Source: a bacterium (GTDB taxonomy: Bacteria; UBA8248). Taken from it: a DNA stretch of 64,000 nucleotides. The stretch lies in NCBI GenBank assembly GCA_965221165.1, contig CBDCRP010000003.1:1536064-1600063 (forward strand). Reading direction: 5' to 3'. The position numbers and the translations under genes are program-made. Position 1 is the first letter of the stretch. Each line of letters starts with the position of its first letter. The notes beneath the pieces were generated by a model, which searched no databases, was not told the DNA's origin, and was given only the letters and a program-made list of their open reading frames with translations. Below, one piece after another: positions 9,901 through 19,439 of this stretch.

Positions 9901-10092
9901 GGGCGGACACATAGGTCCGCCCCTACGGTGGCATGAAGGCACCAGAATTATGTAGGGTCAGACATATATGTCTGACCTGTGTGTTCTCCCTGATGATCTG
10001 AGGACTCCGATAGCAATGGCTGTAGGGACAGGCCCCTGTGCCTGTCCTGATGGAGGATAACAGGGGGGACAACCACAGGGGGTTGTCCCTAC
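9901..10092. repeat. Cluster of four REP-like palindromes with a GTAGGG head, orientations -,+,+,-
   Basis: 9901-9926 gggcggacacataggtccgcccctac; 9952-9977 gtagggtcagacatatatgtctgacc; 10022-10047 gtagggacaggcccctgtgcctgtcc; 10066-10092 gggacaaccacagggggttgtccctac. Confidence 0.85.
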
Positions 10093-10094
10093 AA

Positions 10095-11267
10095 CTAACG
10101 GAGATAAGGGCGCTCCCAAGGAGCAAAAGGACTCCTCAAAAGACGTTCCCTTTCCCCAGGCTTCGGAACCCATCCAAAATACCTCGGTGGTCGTCGGGGG
10201 GTAAGACCCCGCAACGCCCGCTCCGCCGAGGAGACAAGGAGTTTATTGCCACTCTTGCCGCCCAACTTGATTGCTTCCTCGAAATCTTTCTTCGCTTCTT
10301 TTCTTAGACGCAACTTCTCCTTCCCTTTTCTATTTAGACTCAACGCCACTTTAGCTTTACCTCGATCATAGTACGCCGAGGCAAAATTGGTTTTCAGGTT
10401 AATTGCTTTGCCATAATCGTCGATGGCTCCTTGGTATTTCTTCAATGCGGCCTTCGCATTGCCACGATTTTTGTAAACTATCGAATCATTTTTCAGCTTG
10501 AGCGCCTCGGTGTAATCTGTAATGGCCTTATCATATTGGCGCAATGCGGCCTTCGCTCTGCCACGATTTCTGTAAGCTATCGCGGTCTTCACATGGCCCC
10601 AGTTTTTTTCGTATATTTCCGAAGACTTCGTTTTCAGGGAGTTTACCTTTTTGATTACCACGTCGTAATCTTTAATAGCGGCTTCGTATTGACGCGCCCA
10701 AAGTTTCACAAAACCCTTTCGGTTATATAGTTTCAAATCATTGAGAATTTTAGGTGTATCGTTCTTGTCTTTCTCTTCCAGCGTTTGCTTTTTAACCTCG
10801 CTGACTTCTGTGAAAATTTTGGCTATTTCCAAACGAAACTCTTTAGCTCTTCCTAGCTCACGCCTCACAACATCAAGGAGTTCACTGGACTCTTTAGCAT
10901 TTTCTTGTATAGTAACAATAATTTTCTGGGCTTCTGAAATACTTGCTCGCGCATCTACAACTATTTGCTTGGTCTGCTTCGCACTTTTTCCCACATCGTC
11001 AACGATTGTTTTGAGCTTCTTCACACTTTCTTGCGCATTATTAACACTTCTTCGCGCATCATTTTCGAGTTTCGGGAATACAGCGAAACCGATAAAACCA
11101 GAGATAGCAAGAAAAGTAGCGATGCCAGTCAACCAGCGATTTAGCCGTTCAGTTCGGATTACCAGCATTTCACGCCCGAGTTCGTTGATGATGCGTTGTT
11201 TCTCGACCTCAGAGGTGGAGTTCTGTGGCTCAGGAGTCTGAGCGGCCATATATTCCTTCACCTCCAT
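10095..11267 (-). CDS. Membrane-anchored coiled-coil / TPR-repeat protein in an AT-rich islet
   Basis: One predicted TM segment (WLTGIATFLAISGFIGFAVF), a long charged helical region, then TPR-like units (AIAYRNRGRAKAALRQYDKAITDYTEALKL..., YKNRGNAKAALKKYQGAIDDYGKAINL...). An alternative ATG lies at 11249. The 3' end reads into GC-rich REP DNA. Confidence 0.6.
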   Translation of the reverse strand: MEVKEYMAAQTPEPQNSTSEVEKQRIINELGREMLVIRTERLNRWLTGIATFLAISGFIGFAVFPKLENDARRSVNNAQESVKKLKTIVDDVGKSAKQTKQIVVDARASISEAQKIIVTIQENAKESSELLDVVRRELGRAKEFRLEIAKIFTEVSEVKKQTLEEKDKNDTPKILNDLKLYNRKGFVKLWARQYEAAIKDYDVVIKKVNSLKTKSSEIYEKNWGHVKTAIAYRNRGRAKAALRQYDKAITDYTEALKLKNDSIVYKNRGNAKAALKKYQGAIDDYGKAINLKTNFASAYYDRGKAKVALSLNRKGKEKLRLRKEAKKDFEEAIKLGGKSGNKLLVSSAERALRGLTPRRPPRYFGWVPKPGERERLLRSPFAPWERPYLR

Positions 11268-11380
11268 CGGATACGCTTCTGGAACGCGCCCAAGATGGAC
11301 CTTGCGATTCGCTATTGATTTTGTCGCTGGAAGGAATTACAGCATGGTGCCCGGCGGAGCGTCAAACCAAAAGCTCCCCC

Positions 11381-13609
11381 TCACCCCACCCTGTTCACAT
11401 ATATCGGACTCGACCAGGCCTGGCCGCCGTCGACTTGCAGGACGCGCACCCAGTAGGGGTTGACGGCGTCGGGGGAGGCGTCCTCATCCGTGAACTGAAA
11501 GCGCGCGCTCCAGTCCTTGAGGGTCGGGGCCATCTCGCAAACGAGCACCCGGATATTCACGCCGCCGGCTTCGATGATTGTCGGCTCCGTGGAAATCTCA
11601 CTGATGGGGAGTATGAAACTCTTGACGTTGCTGAAAAAAGAGAGCGTGGCGTCCTCAGGCGCATCCAGGTCGATGAGCACGCCGTCGGGGTCGCCCGAGG
11701 TGGCGGTGGCGAAGCGCAGCAGCTTGTTCGAGACGCGGGTGATGGCGTCGTCGTACTGATCGAGCGCGTAGGGGGTGTGTGCGAGCATGGCGCCCTTATC
11801 GAGCGCGACCCCGCCGCGCCATTCGACCTTCTTGTCGCGCCCGCTTTTTTGCGTCACCCCGCTCCACTGCACGCGGATGCGCCGCGCGCGGGCCTTGGCC
11901 TCCGGCACGGCATTCACCGGGTGGCGGTGTATGGTCTCCGAGCCGCGTTTCAGCTCCACGTCCAGCAAGGGCGCCGTGCCGTGGACCTCGACTCTAATCG
12001 TGGGCGGGCCTTCGACCTGGACCTCCTCGCCCATCAGGGCCTCCCCGCAGGAGGTCTTGAGATAGATGCGCTCCCCGTTGGTGGCGTAGGTCCTCCGCGC
12101 GCGCATCGCCTCCCAGACGGCCTCGCGCGTGAGTTCACGCGCATAAAGACCCATCAAGCCGCCTTTCACGTCGAAGGTGACGACGTTGTTCGAACGGCGG
12201 TTCGCGTAGACCAGCCCCTGGCGGCCCGTGTGGTCGTCGCTCCCGCCGATGAAGCCGACCCTGAAACCGCGCGCGAGCACTTCCTCCGCGAACCACTCGA
12301 AGGTGCCGTGGTGTGAGTGAATTTCCGCCAAGTGAACGAATTCGGGATCGAAGAAATCGAGGTTGCACGCCCGTCCGCCCACGTGGGCGACGCTCATCAC
12401 GTCCGCGCGTCCCCTAAAGGTCTCCCAGAGAGCCGAGATGGGGAACCTGTCGTCTTCTACATCCGATAAATCCTCGACGCCGGCGTGGGAGCTTCTGTGG
12501 ATGGTTCCCGCATCGCCTGAGTAATAGATGTTGTAATCGCCGCCTCCTGCGCGCGTGCCCGACCATTCATAGCCTAAAAGCGTGACGAAGCGGCCCGGCT
12601 CGTTGAACGCCTTACACTCCCTTACGACCTCCGCCCAGTCTTCCTTGCGGACCCTGAAATCGTTGCCCTGCCACGCGGCGACGTCCACCCCCGCCTTATC
12701 GCGCGCGAAGCGGAAATACTCCGCAACCGTGCCCGTGCCGACCGTGGAGCGCGTCTGGCCGTGGATGTCTCCCCAGAAGAGGGACCAGGGATCATCGGGG
12801 GTTTTGGGCAGAATCGGCGGACTTAGTGATATCAGCCCCGCCGGGTCTTCTAGGCGCAGGCGATAGGGACCCTCGCCCGCCAGGCGCGCGCCGCCCACGC
12901 GCTTGACGCCGGCGTCATCGCGTGAGAACTCCACCCGGCCCGGCGCGGCATCCTCCTCGCGCCACCTCAAAAGGCTTTTTCTGACCGACACCTCGCCGGT
13001 AAATTCCTCCGCCGGGTTCCCCCAGCTATCCACGCCGCGCACGATGGCGCTGAATTCCTCCCCGAGCTTTGGCGTTTGCGGACAGGCCAGATGCCACGTC
13101 TCGGGCGCGCCGCCCACGACGCGGATCGAAGGATCCTCTTCCAGTTCATAAAAATGCTTGCGGTTGAAGGTGTCCACCACGATCTTGAACGTGTGGCGGG
13201 ATTCCGGGAACGTCTGTGCGCGGATGCCCGGCCCGCCGCCGCTGGTGTCGCCCAGAACGAGCACGACCTCATCGCCTTCGCACAAAAAACCCTTCGCCAC
13301 GCGGATGGCGACGCCTGAGCGCCAATCGTCGAGATAGCCCTGTTCCTGATAACTGAGAGTCAAGCCCACTTCCTGATTCGAGCAGGAGACGCTCACATAG
13401 CCCGAGGCAGCGGGGTCTTCAAACTGGGGGATTTCCATGTCGCTCGAAAGCCGTTTGCACACCAGTATCTGCGCGCCCTCATCCACCCCGTAGGTTCCCG
13501 CGGTGAAGATGATTTTTAGGCTAAAGAACGCTCCCGCCACGATGGGGGTTACAGGCTCCACGCGGGCGCGGCCTACGTCGAAGCGGTAGGGGTCGAGTCG
13601 CTTGTCCAT
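11381..13609 (-). CDS. DUF3604-like (PHP-type metal-dependent hydrolase-like) protein
   Basis: FWGDIHGQTRSTVGTG, LLGYEWSG, EIHSHHGTFEWF and GGSDDHTGRQG. The start is set at ATG 13609 (MDKRLDPY). The track ORF extends to 13696 and would overlap the next gene. Confidence 0.55.
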   Translation of the reverse strand: MDKRLDPYRFDVGRARVEPVTPIVAGAFFSLKIIFTAGTYGVDEGAQILVCKRLSSDMEIPQFEDPAASGYVSVSCSNQEVGLTLSYQEQGYLDDWRSGVAIRVAKGFLCEGDEVVLVLGDTSGGGPGIRAQTFPESRHTFKIVVDTFNRKHFYELEEDPSIRVVGGAPETWHLACPQTPKLGEEFSAIVRGVDSWGNPAEEFTGEVSVRKSLLRWREEDAAPGRVEFSRDDAGVKRVGGARLAGEGPYRLRLEDPAGLISLSPPILPKTPDDPWSLFWGDIHGQTRSTVGTGTVAEYFRFARDKAGVDVAAWQGNDFRVRKEDWAEVVRECKAFNEPGRFVTLLGYEWSGTRAGGGDYNIYYSGDAGTIHRSSHAGVEDLSDVEDDRFPISALWETFRGRADVMSVAHVGGRACNLDFFDPEFVHLAEIHSHHGTFEWFAEEVLARGFRVGFIGGSDDHTGRQGLVYANRRSNNVVTFDVKGGLMGLYARELTREAVWEAMRARRTYATNGERIYLKTSCGEALMGEEVQVEGPPTIRVEVHGTAPLLDVELKRGSETIHRHPVNAVPEAKARARRIRVQWSGVTQKSGRDKKVEWRGGVALDKGAMLAHTPYALDQYDDAITRVSNKLLRFATATSGDPDGVLIDLDAPEDATLSFFSNVKSFILPISEISTEPTIIEAGGVNIRVLVCEMAPTLKDWSARFQFTDEDASPDAVNPYWVRVLQVDGGQAWSSPIYVNRVG

Positions 13610-13670
13610 CAGGAGGGTTCCTTCGGGTTTGTGTTGTTCAAACCAGAAAACGCCGCACACTCCGCGCTTC

Positions 13671-14426
13671 TTATTCCCCGTAGGCGCGGGCCTCATCCAC
13701 GAAGCGCGAGAAAAGCTGCGCCGCCCCGTCCATATCGGCGTAGCCGTAGGCCGACATGGATTCTGGATGCCACTGCACGCCCACGACGAACTGGTGCGAG
13801 GGAGACTCGATGGCCTCGATGACGCCGTCTTCGGTCCTGGCCGAAACCCGCACGCCCGGCCCCACCTCGCGCGCGCTCTGGTGGTGGTGGCTGTTCACCA
13901 CCGACGAGGTTCCGAGCACCTCGCCCAGGATGGACTCGCCGATCTCTATCTCGTGAAACGTGTAGGTGTTCTCATCCGTGTTCCCGGGCCGGTGCGTGAG
14001 CGCGCCCGCCACCTGGGAGGGGATGTCCTGATAGAGCGTGCCGCCCGCCGCGATGTTGATGACCTGCATGCCGCCGCAGATGCCGAGCACGGGCATGTCG
14101 CGCGACATCGCTCCCCGGCAGGCCGCCATCTCCGCCGTCTCGCGCTTGGGGTTCGTGGGGCTGCACTCTGGAAGGCGTTCCTCGCCGTAGAGCATGGGGT
14201 CGATGTCGTGCCCGCCGCCCGAGATGATCAGCCCGTCGATGCCGAGGATCAAAGAGACGCTCGCCTGCTCGTCCTCCACCGCGGGCAGAAGCAGCGGCGC
14301 GCCGCCCGCCTTGATGACGGACTCCACGTAGGCGTCCATGAGCACGTGTCGCGGGCGCACCTTGGGTTCTTCTGGATAATTTCTCTTGCCCACGTCACAG
14401 GTGATTCCGATTCTCGGCCGTTTCAT
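13671..14426 (-). CDS. Class I glutamine amidotransferase, gamma-glutamyl-GABA hydrolase (PuuD/peptidase C26) family
   Basis: GICGGMQVINIAAGGTLYQDI, HHQSAREVG and VGVQWHPE. Confidence 0.8.
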   Translation of the reverse strand: MKRPRIGITCDVGKRNYPEEPKVRPRHVLMDAYVESVIKAGGAPLLLPAVEDEQASVSLILGIDGLIISGGGHDIDPMLYGEERLPECSPTNPKRETAEMAACRGAMSRDMPVLGICGGMQVINIAAGGTLYQDIPSQVAGALTHRPGNTDENTYTFHEIEIGESILGEVLGTSSVVNSHHHQSAREVGPGVRVSARTEDGVIEAIESPSHQFVVGVQWHPESMSAYGYADMDGAAQLFSRFVDEARAYGE

Positions 14427-14717
14427 CCGTTGCCGCCTCCCTCGCCAGGATCATAAAAAACTGAGGAAAATACATCAGAATTGCGATCGCCCGCGCACCG
14501 CAGGCGGAATGTGAATATCACCACATTTCGGGCGAAACGGAAACCGCCCGAGCCCACAAGGCCCGAAACGCGCCACGCGGCCGTGCCCCGGCGGCGGAAG
14601 GGTGGATTCCCGCGACGGCACCCTTTATATTTCCAAACGAGAGATTTACCGGAATACTTCGGCGTGGTCGGTGGTTTCGCTAGGGCCTCGTAGAGAGATG
14701 TTCTCCGGCAGGGAGGT

Positions 14718-15041
14718 TTGTTCAACTTGTTTCGTCTTTATCTCACGCGCCTGATATTGCCCATCCTCTTCGTGGCGGGGATGGTGGCGATTCCCTTCGT
14801 CTGGCTGCCCGACGTCGCGCCGCCGGACTCATCCCCCACCCTCGGCGAAAAAACCTCCGGCGCGGCGGCGGTGGAGGAGAAAACCAGACGCGCCACGCCG
14901 TTTCAGAAGACGATGACGATAGGCTTCGCGCTCATCCTCGTTTCGGTGACGGGGGGGGGCTACATGCTCTACCGCATCACCCGATCGCAGACGGCGAGCT
15001 GGCGTCGCCGCTTCGCCCCCAAAAAGCGCCGGGGCCGCTGA
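14718..15041 (+). CDS. Hypothetical small membrane protein (two hydrophobic segments, basic tail)
   Basis: LILPILFVAGMVAIPFVWL and MTIGFALILVSVTGGGYMLY. The start is ambiguous (TTG 14718 or 14726). Confidence 0.35.
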   Translation: MFNLFRLYLTRLILPILFVAGMVAIPFVWLPDVAPPDSSPTLGEKTSGAAAVEEKTRRATPFQKTMTIGFALILVSVTGGGYMLYRITRSQTASWRRRFAPKKRRGR

Positions 15042-15170
15042 GGCGCGCACCCCTCCCTCATCGGTCACGATTGACTTCCCCGGTCGGAAGGATTTGACGA
15101 AACGCAGGCTCTTTTTTTATAGTCGTTAACGTCTCAAGTGCCAGAGGACCCATTCTCGGGGAGAAAGCAC

Positions 15171-15524
15171 ATGACGAAATTTGAATCCCTGAGCCTCACC
15201 GCAGCCTATATCAATCTCCTCGCCTCCTTCGGCGGCCTCGGGCTGCTCTACTACGGAATCCGCGTCATGGCGAAGGGCGCGGAAATGCGGGCGACCAACT
15301 CTGATCGCAAGCACACCGAAGTGATGACCGAATCCGAGCGCAAACACACCGAAACCATGACGGAATCCGATCGCAGGCACAACGACTTCCTGGCCGACTC
15401 CCGACGCAGGGAAGAGGAGGGGCTCCGCAGACACGAGGAGTCCATGGCGGCGTTGCACGCCCTCATCGACGGACAAACCGAAAGCCGCATGGCCCTTCGC
15501 GAACTCATCGAGCGAACCAGATAG
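15171..15524 (+). CDS. Hypothetical membrane-anchored protein with a tandem peptide repeat
   Basis: ATG at 15171 follows GGAGAAAG. It has one hydrophobic segment, then SDRKHTEVMTE / SERKHTETMTE / SDRRHNDF repeats and a charged helical tail. Confidence 0.45.
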   Translation: MTKFESLSLTAAYINLLASFGGLGLLYYGIRVMAKGAEMRATNSDRKHTEVMTESERKHTETMTESDRRHNDFLADSRRREEEGLRRHEESMAALHALIDGQTESRMALRELIERTR

Positions 15525-15552
15525 CAAAGCCGGGCGGACACACAGTCCGCCA

Positions 15553-16770
15553 CTATGAACGGCGCATCCTGAGCGACGCGCCGCTCAGCACCGACGATCC
15601 CGCCGCGTAGGCCAGGCACATGAGCGCGAGATTCTCCACGCTCACGCCGTAGTCGATCATCCAGCCCATGACGACGGGCGAGAGCGCCGTGGATATCACC
15701 AGGAACGAGGTGGCGAGCGAGCGGATGGCCCCCAGATTCTCCACCCCGTAGATTTCCGCCCAGATAGCCCCGCCGATGGTGATACGCACGCCGACGGTGA
15801 CCCCCGTCATGCACATGTAGACGAGCGCGACGAGCCAGTGGTCGGAACTCCCGAGCGCCACGAGCCCGGCGCACATGGGCACCAGGTGCCAGGGGAGAAT
15901 CCGGACCGCGCCTACGCGATCGATCAGGGGGCCGGTGAGCAGCGTCAGGCCGATGGACCCGACCGTGTAGAGCGTGTACGCGCCCGTGAAAAAGCCGAGG
16001 CTCCACCCCTTGGCCTCCACCAGATGCCCCATGTGAAAGAAAAAGCCTGTGGCAATGAATGCGGGCGCCAGAGAAACGGGCATGATGAGGTAGAAGCGCA
16101 GGTCCTTGAGCACCTCCCTTCTTCCCCACACCCCTTTGGGGCCGGAGCCGGAATCCGCTTCCGCGCGTCTTTCAGGGGTTAAATGCTCATCCTGATGCCC
16201 CCTGAGCAGCCAGGGGACGCATGGGAGCAGAACGAGGGCCGAACCCGCCGCCATCACCAGCCAGATGTGCCGCCAGGAGAGCCACGCGGTAAGCCCCACC
16301 GCCACGAGCGCCATCACCGCCTGCCCGGAGGGTCCGCCCATCGAGATGATGCTGACGGCGCGTCCGCGCTCGGCCGTGAAATGCCGGCCGATGCTCGTCA
16401 CCGAGGTGTGGATCATCAATCCCTGGCCCGTCAGGCGCAGGGCGAACAGGGCGAAGAGCAGGGCCGGAAAAACGGGCGCCGCCGCCATCAGGACGCAGGA
16501 TGCGACGAGCCCCAGGCAGACGCACAGGGCGAAAATTTTCAGCCTCGTCTTGTCGATCATCCGGCCTATCCATATCAGGCACATCGCGCTCGATACGGTG
16601 GCGACGGCGTAGGCGAGGCCGAAATCGCCGTGTGAGAGCGCGAAGGCGCTCCGGATGTCCTTGTTGAACACGGCGATGAAATACGACTGCCCGAAGCACG
16701 AAAAAAACGTGAGCAAAAGGCCGAATGCGAGAAACCTGCGGTTTTTCCACGCGAAGGAGAGATATTCCAA
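15553..16770 (-). CDS. MFS transporter
   Basis: 405 aa with about 12 hydrophobic segments and an MFS-like loop GRMIDKTRLK. Confidence 0.8.
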   Translation of the reverse strand: MEYLSFAWKNRRFLAFGLLLTFFSCFGQSYFIAVFNKDIRSAFALSHGDFGLAYAVATVSSAMCLIWIGRMIDKTRLKIFALCVCLGLVASCVLMAAAPVFPALLFALFALRLTGQGLMIHTSVTSIGRHFTAERGRAVSIISMGGPSGQAVMALVAVGLTAWLSWRHIWLVMAAGSALVLLPCVPWLLRGHQDEHLTPERRAEADSGSGPKGVWGRREVLKDLRFYLIMPVSLAPAFIATGFFFHMGHLVEAKGWSLGFFTGAYTLYTVGSIGLTLLTGPLIDRVGAVRILPWHLVPMCAGLVALGSSDHWLVALVYMCMTGVTVGVRITIGGAIWAEIYGVENLGAIRSLATSFLVISTALSPVVMGWMIDYGVSVENLALMCLAYAAGSSVLSGASLRMRRS

Positions 16771-17039
16771 TGGCGGCCTTCATGCAGGGGAGCGGGGGAT
16801 GTCGTTTCGAGGAGCAGTATAGCACGGGGGGTCAATTCCGAGCGAAGAGCGAGGAATTGCGAACCGGTGTGTTGCTCATCCGCATCAGCCCCTCCCTCCT
16901 CGGTCTGGCAGCCCCTCCCTCCTCGGGGCCGCCCCACGCATATATGCGGCCCATGAGGACGAGCGAAAACCACACGCGTCGACAATCCTTCCTTCCTCGG
17001 TATCGACCATCATGGCGAAAACGACGAAAATCAAACCAC

Positions 17040-17198
17040 GGGTCGCATATATGCGACCCCTACAAGCCAATCCTGACCGATACGGGAGGGGTTGTGATTT
17101 CGAATACCTCATCATCAGGGCGGAGGCGCAGGTTCACCCCTACCAAAGGCCCTCGCGAATCGAAATAAATGCGTAGGGGCGGACCTGCGTGTCCGCCC
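17040..17198. repeat. REP-like palindromes (two clear, one degenerate)
   Basis: 17040-17063 gggtcgcatatatgcgacccctac; 17115-17140 gggcggaggcgcaggttcacccctac (degenerate stem); 17173-17198 gtaggggcggacctgcgtgtccgccc. Confidence 0.75.
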
Positions 17199-17365
17199 GC
17201 ATTTCGCACGTCGTTCCGGAATGCTTCCATCCGGAATCCAGAGAATTTTTGGCCATGTGCAGGGGCGTTCAGACGAACGTAGGGCCGCCCGGACGCCCGG
17301 CTTGACACGGCTCCAGCCCGCCCATAACCTACCTGCAACTCCAATAGCGAGGGGCCCGAGTCACC

Positions 17366-18052
17366 ATGCGATTCCAAATTGGCCTTCTACTCTTCCCCAA
17401 TCTCACCCAACTCGATATGACCGGTCCGTACGAGGTCTTCACCAAGTTCCCCGACGCCGACGTCCATCTTCTCTGGAAGACGCTGGATCCGGTCAGGGCC
17501 GGCGGCGGCATGCAGATATTGCCGACCACGACCTTTGCCGAAAGCCCGCAGCTCGACCTCATCTGCGTGCCGGGCGGCGCGGGCATGAACCCGCTACTGA
17601 ACGATGAAGAGACGCTTGCCTTCGTGCGCAGACAGGCGGCGGGGGCGCGCTACGTCACCTCCGTATGCACGGGGTCGCTGGTGCTGGGCGCCGCGGGACT
17701 GCTGAATGGTAAGCGCGCGACGTCGCACTGGATGTCGCTGCCGATGCTGGCCGCCTTCGGTTGCGAGCCCGTGGCCGAGCGCGTGGTCGTCGACGGCAAC
17801 GTGATCACCGGCGGCGGAGTCACGGCAGGCATCGATTTCGCCTTGACGGTGGCGGGAGAGCATTTGGGGGCCGAAGCCGCCCGCAAGATACAACTCGGCA
17901 TGGAGTACGACCCGCGCCCTCCGTTCGATGCCGGCTCTCCGGAACGAGCGGACGCATCGATGGTGGCCGCCGTGCGGGAGGGCGCCGCGACGCGCCAGAA
18001 CGAGCGGGAAGCGGCGGTCAAGGAGGCGGCCGACTCGCTCGGAAACGATTGA
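17366..18052 (+). CDS. DJ-1/PfpI-family protein (isocyanide-hydratase-like)
   Basis: IGLLLFPNLTQLDMTGPYEVF and the nucleophile-elbow region VTSVCTGSLVLGAAGLLNGKRATSHW. Confidence 0.8.
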   Translation: MRFQIGLLLFPNLTQLDMTGPYEVFTKFPDADVHLLWKTLDPVRAGGGMQILPTTTFAESPQLDLICVPGGAGMNPLLNDEETLAFVRRQAAGARYVTSVCTGSLVLGAAGLLNGKRATSHWMSLPMLAAFGCEPVAERVVVDGNVITGGGVTAGIDFALTVAGEHLGAEAARKIQLGMEYDPRPPFDAGSPERADASMVAAVREGAATRQNEREAAVKEAADSLGND

Positions 18053-18103
18053 TCACGATTGGGGCTGTGGTAGTGAAATACCCCTACAAATCCGTTGCGC
18101 TTC

Positions 18104-18307
18104 AAAATTACTCCCCCCTTGAGGGTTGGGCTTCCTGAGGGGAAAGCCCAACGGTGAGGTAAAGGCGCAAGCCCGCAAGCGAACCGGTGGGGGAGCTTTT
18201 ATTTGATAATCGTCCCCCCACCGATTCAGCCATCGCACAAATCGCTCGGCTTCTGCGTCGGTCTTCCCGAAGAGGAAAGACCGACCCTCAAGGGGGGAGT
18301 GAATTTT
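18104..18307. repeat. About 204-bp highly structured inverted-repeat element (MITE-like or structured RNA)
   Basis: The outer inverted repeat is aaaattactccccccttgagggt (18104-18126) against accctcaaggggggagtgaatttt (18284-18307), with one indel. It encloses three hairpins: GTTGGGCTT-cctgagggga-AAGCCCAAC (18125-18152), cggtggggga...tccccccaccg (centre) and GTCGGTCTT-cccgaagagga-AAGACCGAC (18257-18285). Confidence 0.7.
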
Positions 18308-18387
18308 GCTATTACTCGTTATTCCGGCGAAAGATTTATGCGGGGCCGTTTATCACTGCATACGCTCGACCCCAATAATATTCCAAA

Positions 18388-19281
18388 TTACCTCCGCACG
18401 ATCTTTTCTCCGGACCACCCTTCTTGCGTTTCCCTGAATGACCACTCCTGCACTACGGGAAGTAAATCCCCAACCCAGGGGGTCGTAGACGACAAATTCG
18501 GGTAAAGAACATAGTCGCCGCCCAGAGACGACGGCAAATTGAAAGCGTTCGCCCAGGACGCCAGTGCGTAAGACACATGTTTCATACTCCCGTCGGCAAA
18601 CGGCTGAACTCCGATTTTCGCGCCCGATGCTTTCTGAATCGCTTGGATGTTCTCGCGCTCGGCATTTACGATCTTTCTTGAATCCCTATCAAACTTGAAA
18701 ACCATGTCACCAACACCATAGAGCGATCTCTCCATGCACTTAGCCACATCCGCAACCCAAAAGGGTATTTCACCGCCATTGATAGCGATTACCGTATAGT
18801 CATAGCGATGGACGATTCCATCTGCTATGTACTTCCTGAATTTATTCGCTTTCTCATTGAGCGAGTTTCGGATACGCATCACGTATTGCTCGATCGGAAC
18901 GTTCTGAACTGTTCCGAATTTCAGCTCCGGCACGGAGTTCGGTTTTCCAGCTTCACCTCCAGTTAAGCAAACCGCCTCTATCCAGATACGTCTGCCGTCG
19001 GCAGTTACCAAGATGTCCGGCCCAGGTTTTAGGCATTCCACCACCAATCCTGCCCTAATGAGAGATACGGTCAAATACATCTCAAACCAACGCTGATGGA
19101 AATTTTTTGCGAATTCTTGGCGAAAATGCCTGTCCGCATGTTCAGAGAAATCACACCAAAGGTCTTCGCACTGCGCTCTCACACTTTCGTAACGCTCGTG
19201 GCCGGCTTCCTGCACTTTCTGGTACGTCAAACAGGCTCCATTGCCCGAGTGTGAAAATAGCTTTTCTCTCTTTTTCATCAT
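18388..19281 (-). CDS. Hypothetical protein (orphan gene in an AT-rich islet)
   Basis: ATGATG start at 19281 follows AAGGA. The 297-aa product is MMKKREKLFSHSGNG...PDILVTADGRRIWIEAVCLTGGE...; I recognise no family. It is the lower part of the chimeric 615-aa track ORF. Confidence 0.55.
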   Translation of the reverse strand: MMKKREKLFSHSGNGACLTYQKVQEAGHERYESVRAQCEDLWCDFSEHADRHFRQEFAKNFHQRWFEMYLTVSLIRAGLVVECLKPGPDILVTADGRRIWIEAVCLTGGEAGKPNSVPELKFGTVQNVPIEQYVMRIRNSLNEKANKFRKYIADGIVHRYDYTVIAINGGEIPFWVADVAKCMERSLYGVGDMVFKFDRDSRKIVNAERENIQAIQKASGAKIGVQPFADGSMKHVSYALASWANAFNLPSSLGGDYVLYPNLSSTTPWVGDLLPVVQEWSFRETQEGWSGEKIVRR

Positions 19282-19338
19282 ATGGTCCTTATGACAAATC
19301 CTGCCCTCAAACCGAGTCAGATTTGGACCATAGCACAA

Positions 19339-19362
19339 GGGCCACTCACGAGCGGCCCCTAC
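19339..19362 (-). repeat. REP-like palindrome at an islet/backbone junction
   Basis: ggccactcacgagcggcccctac, with the GTAGGG head on the minus strand. Confidence 0.7.
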
Positions 19363-19439
19363 ATATATTCGGGCGCGCATAGCAACAGGGCCGCTCTCAC
19401 GGGCAATCTCAAACCCGCAAGAACGGCCCCTGGTTGGTG

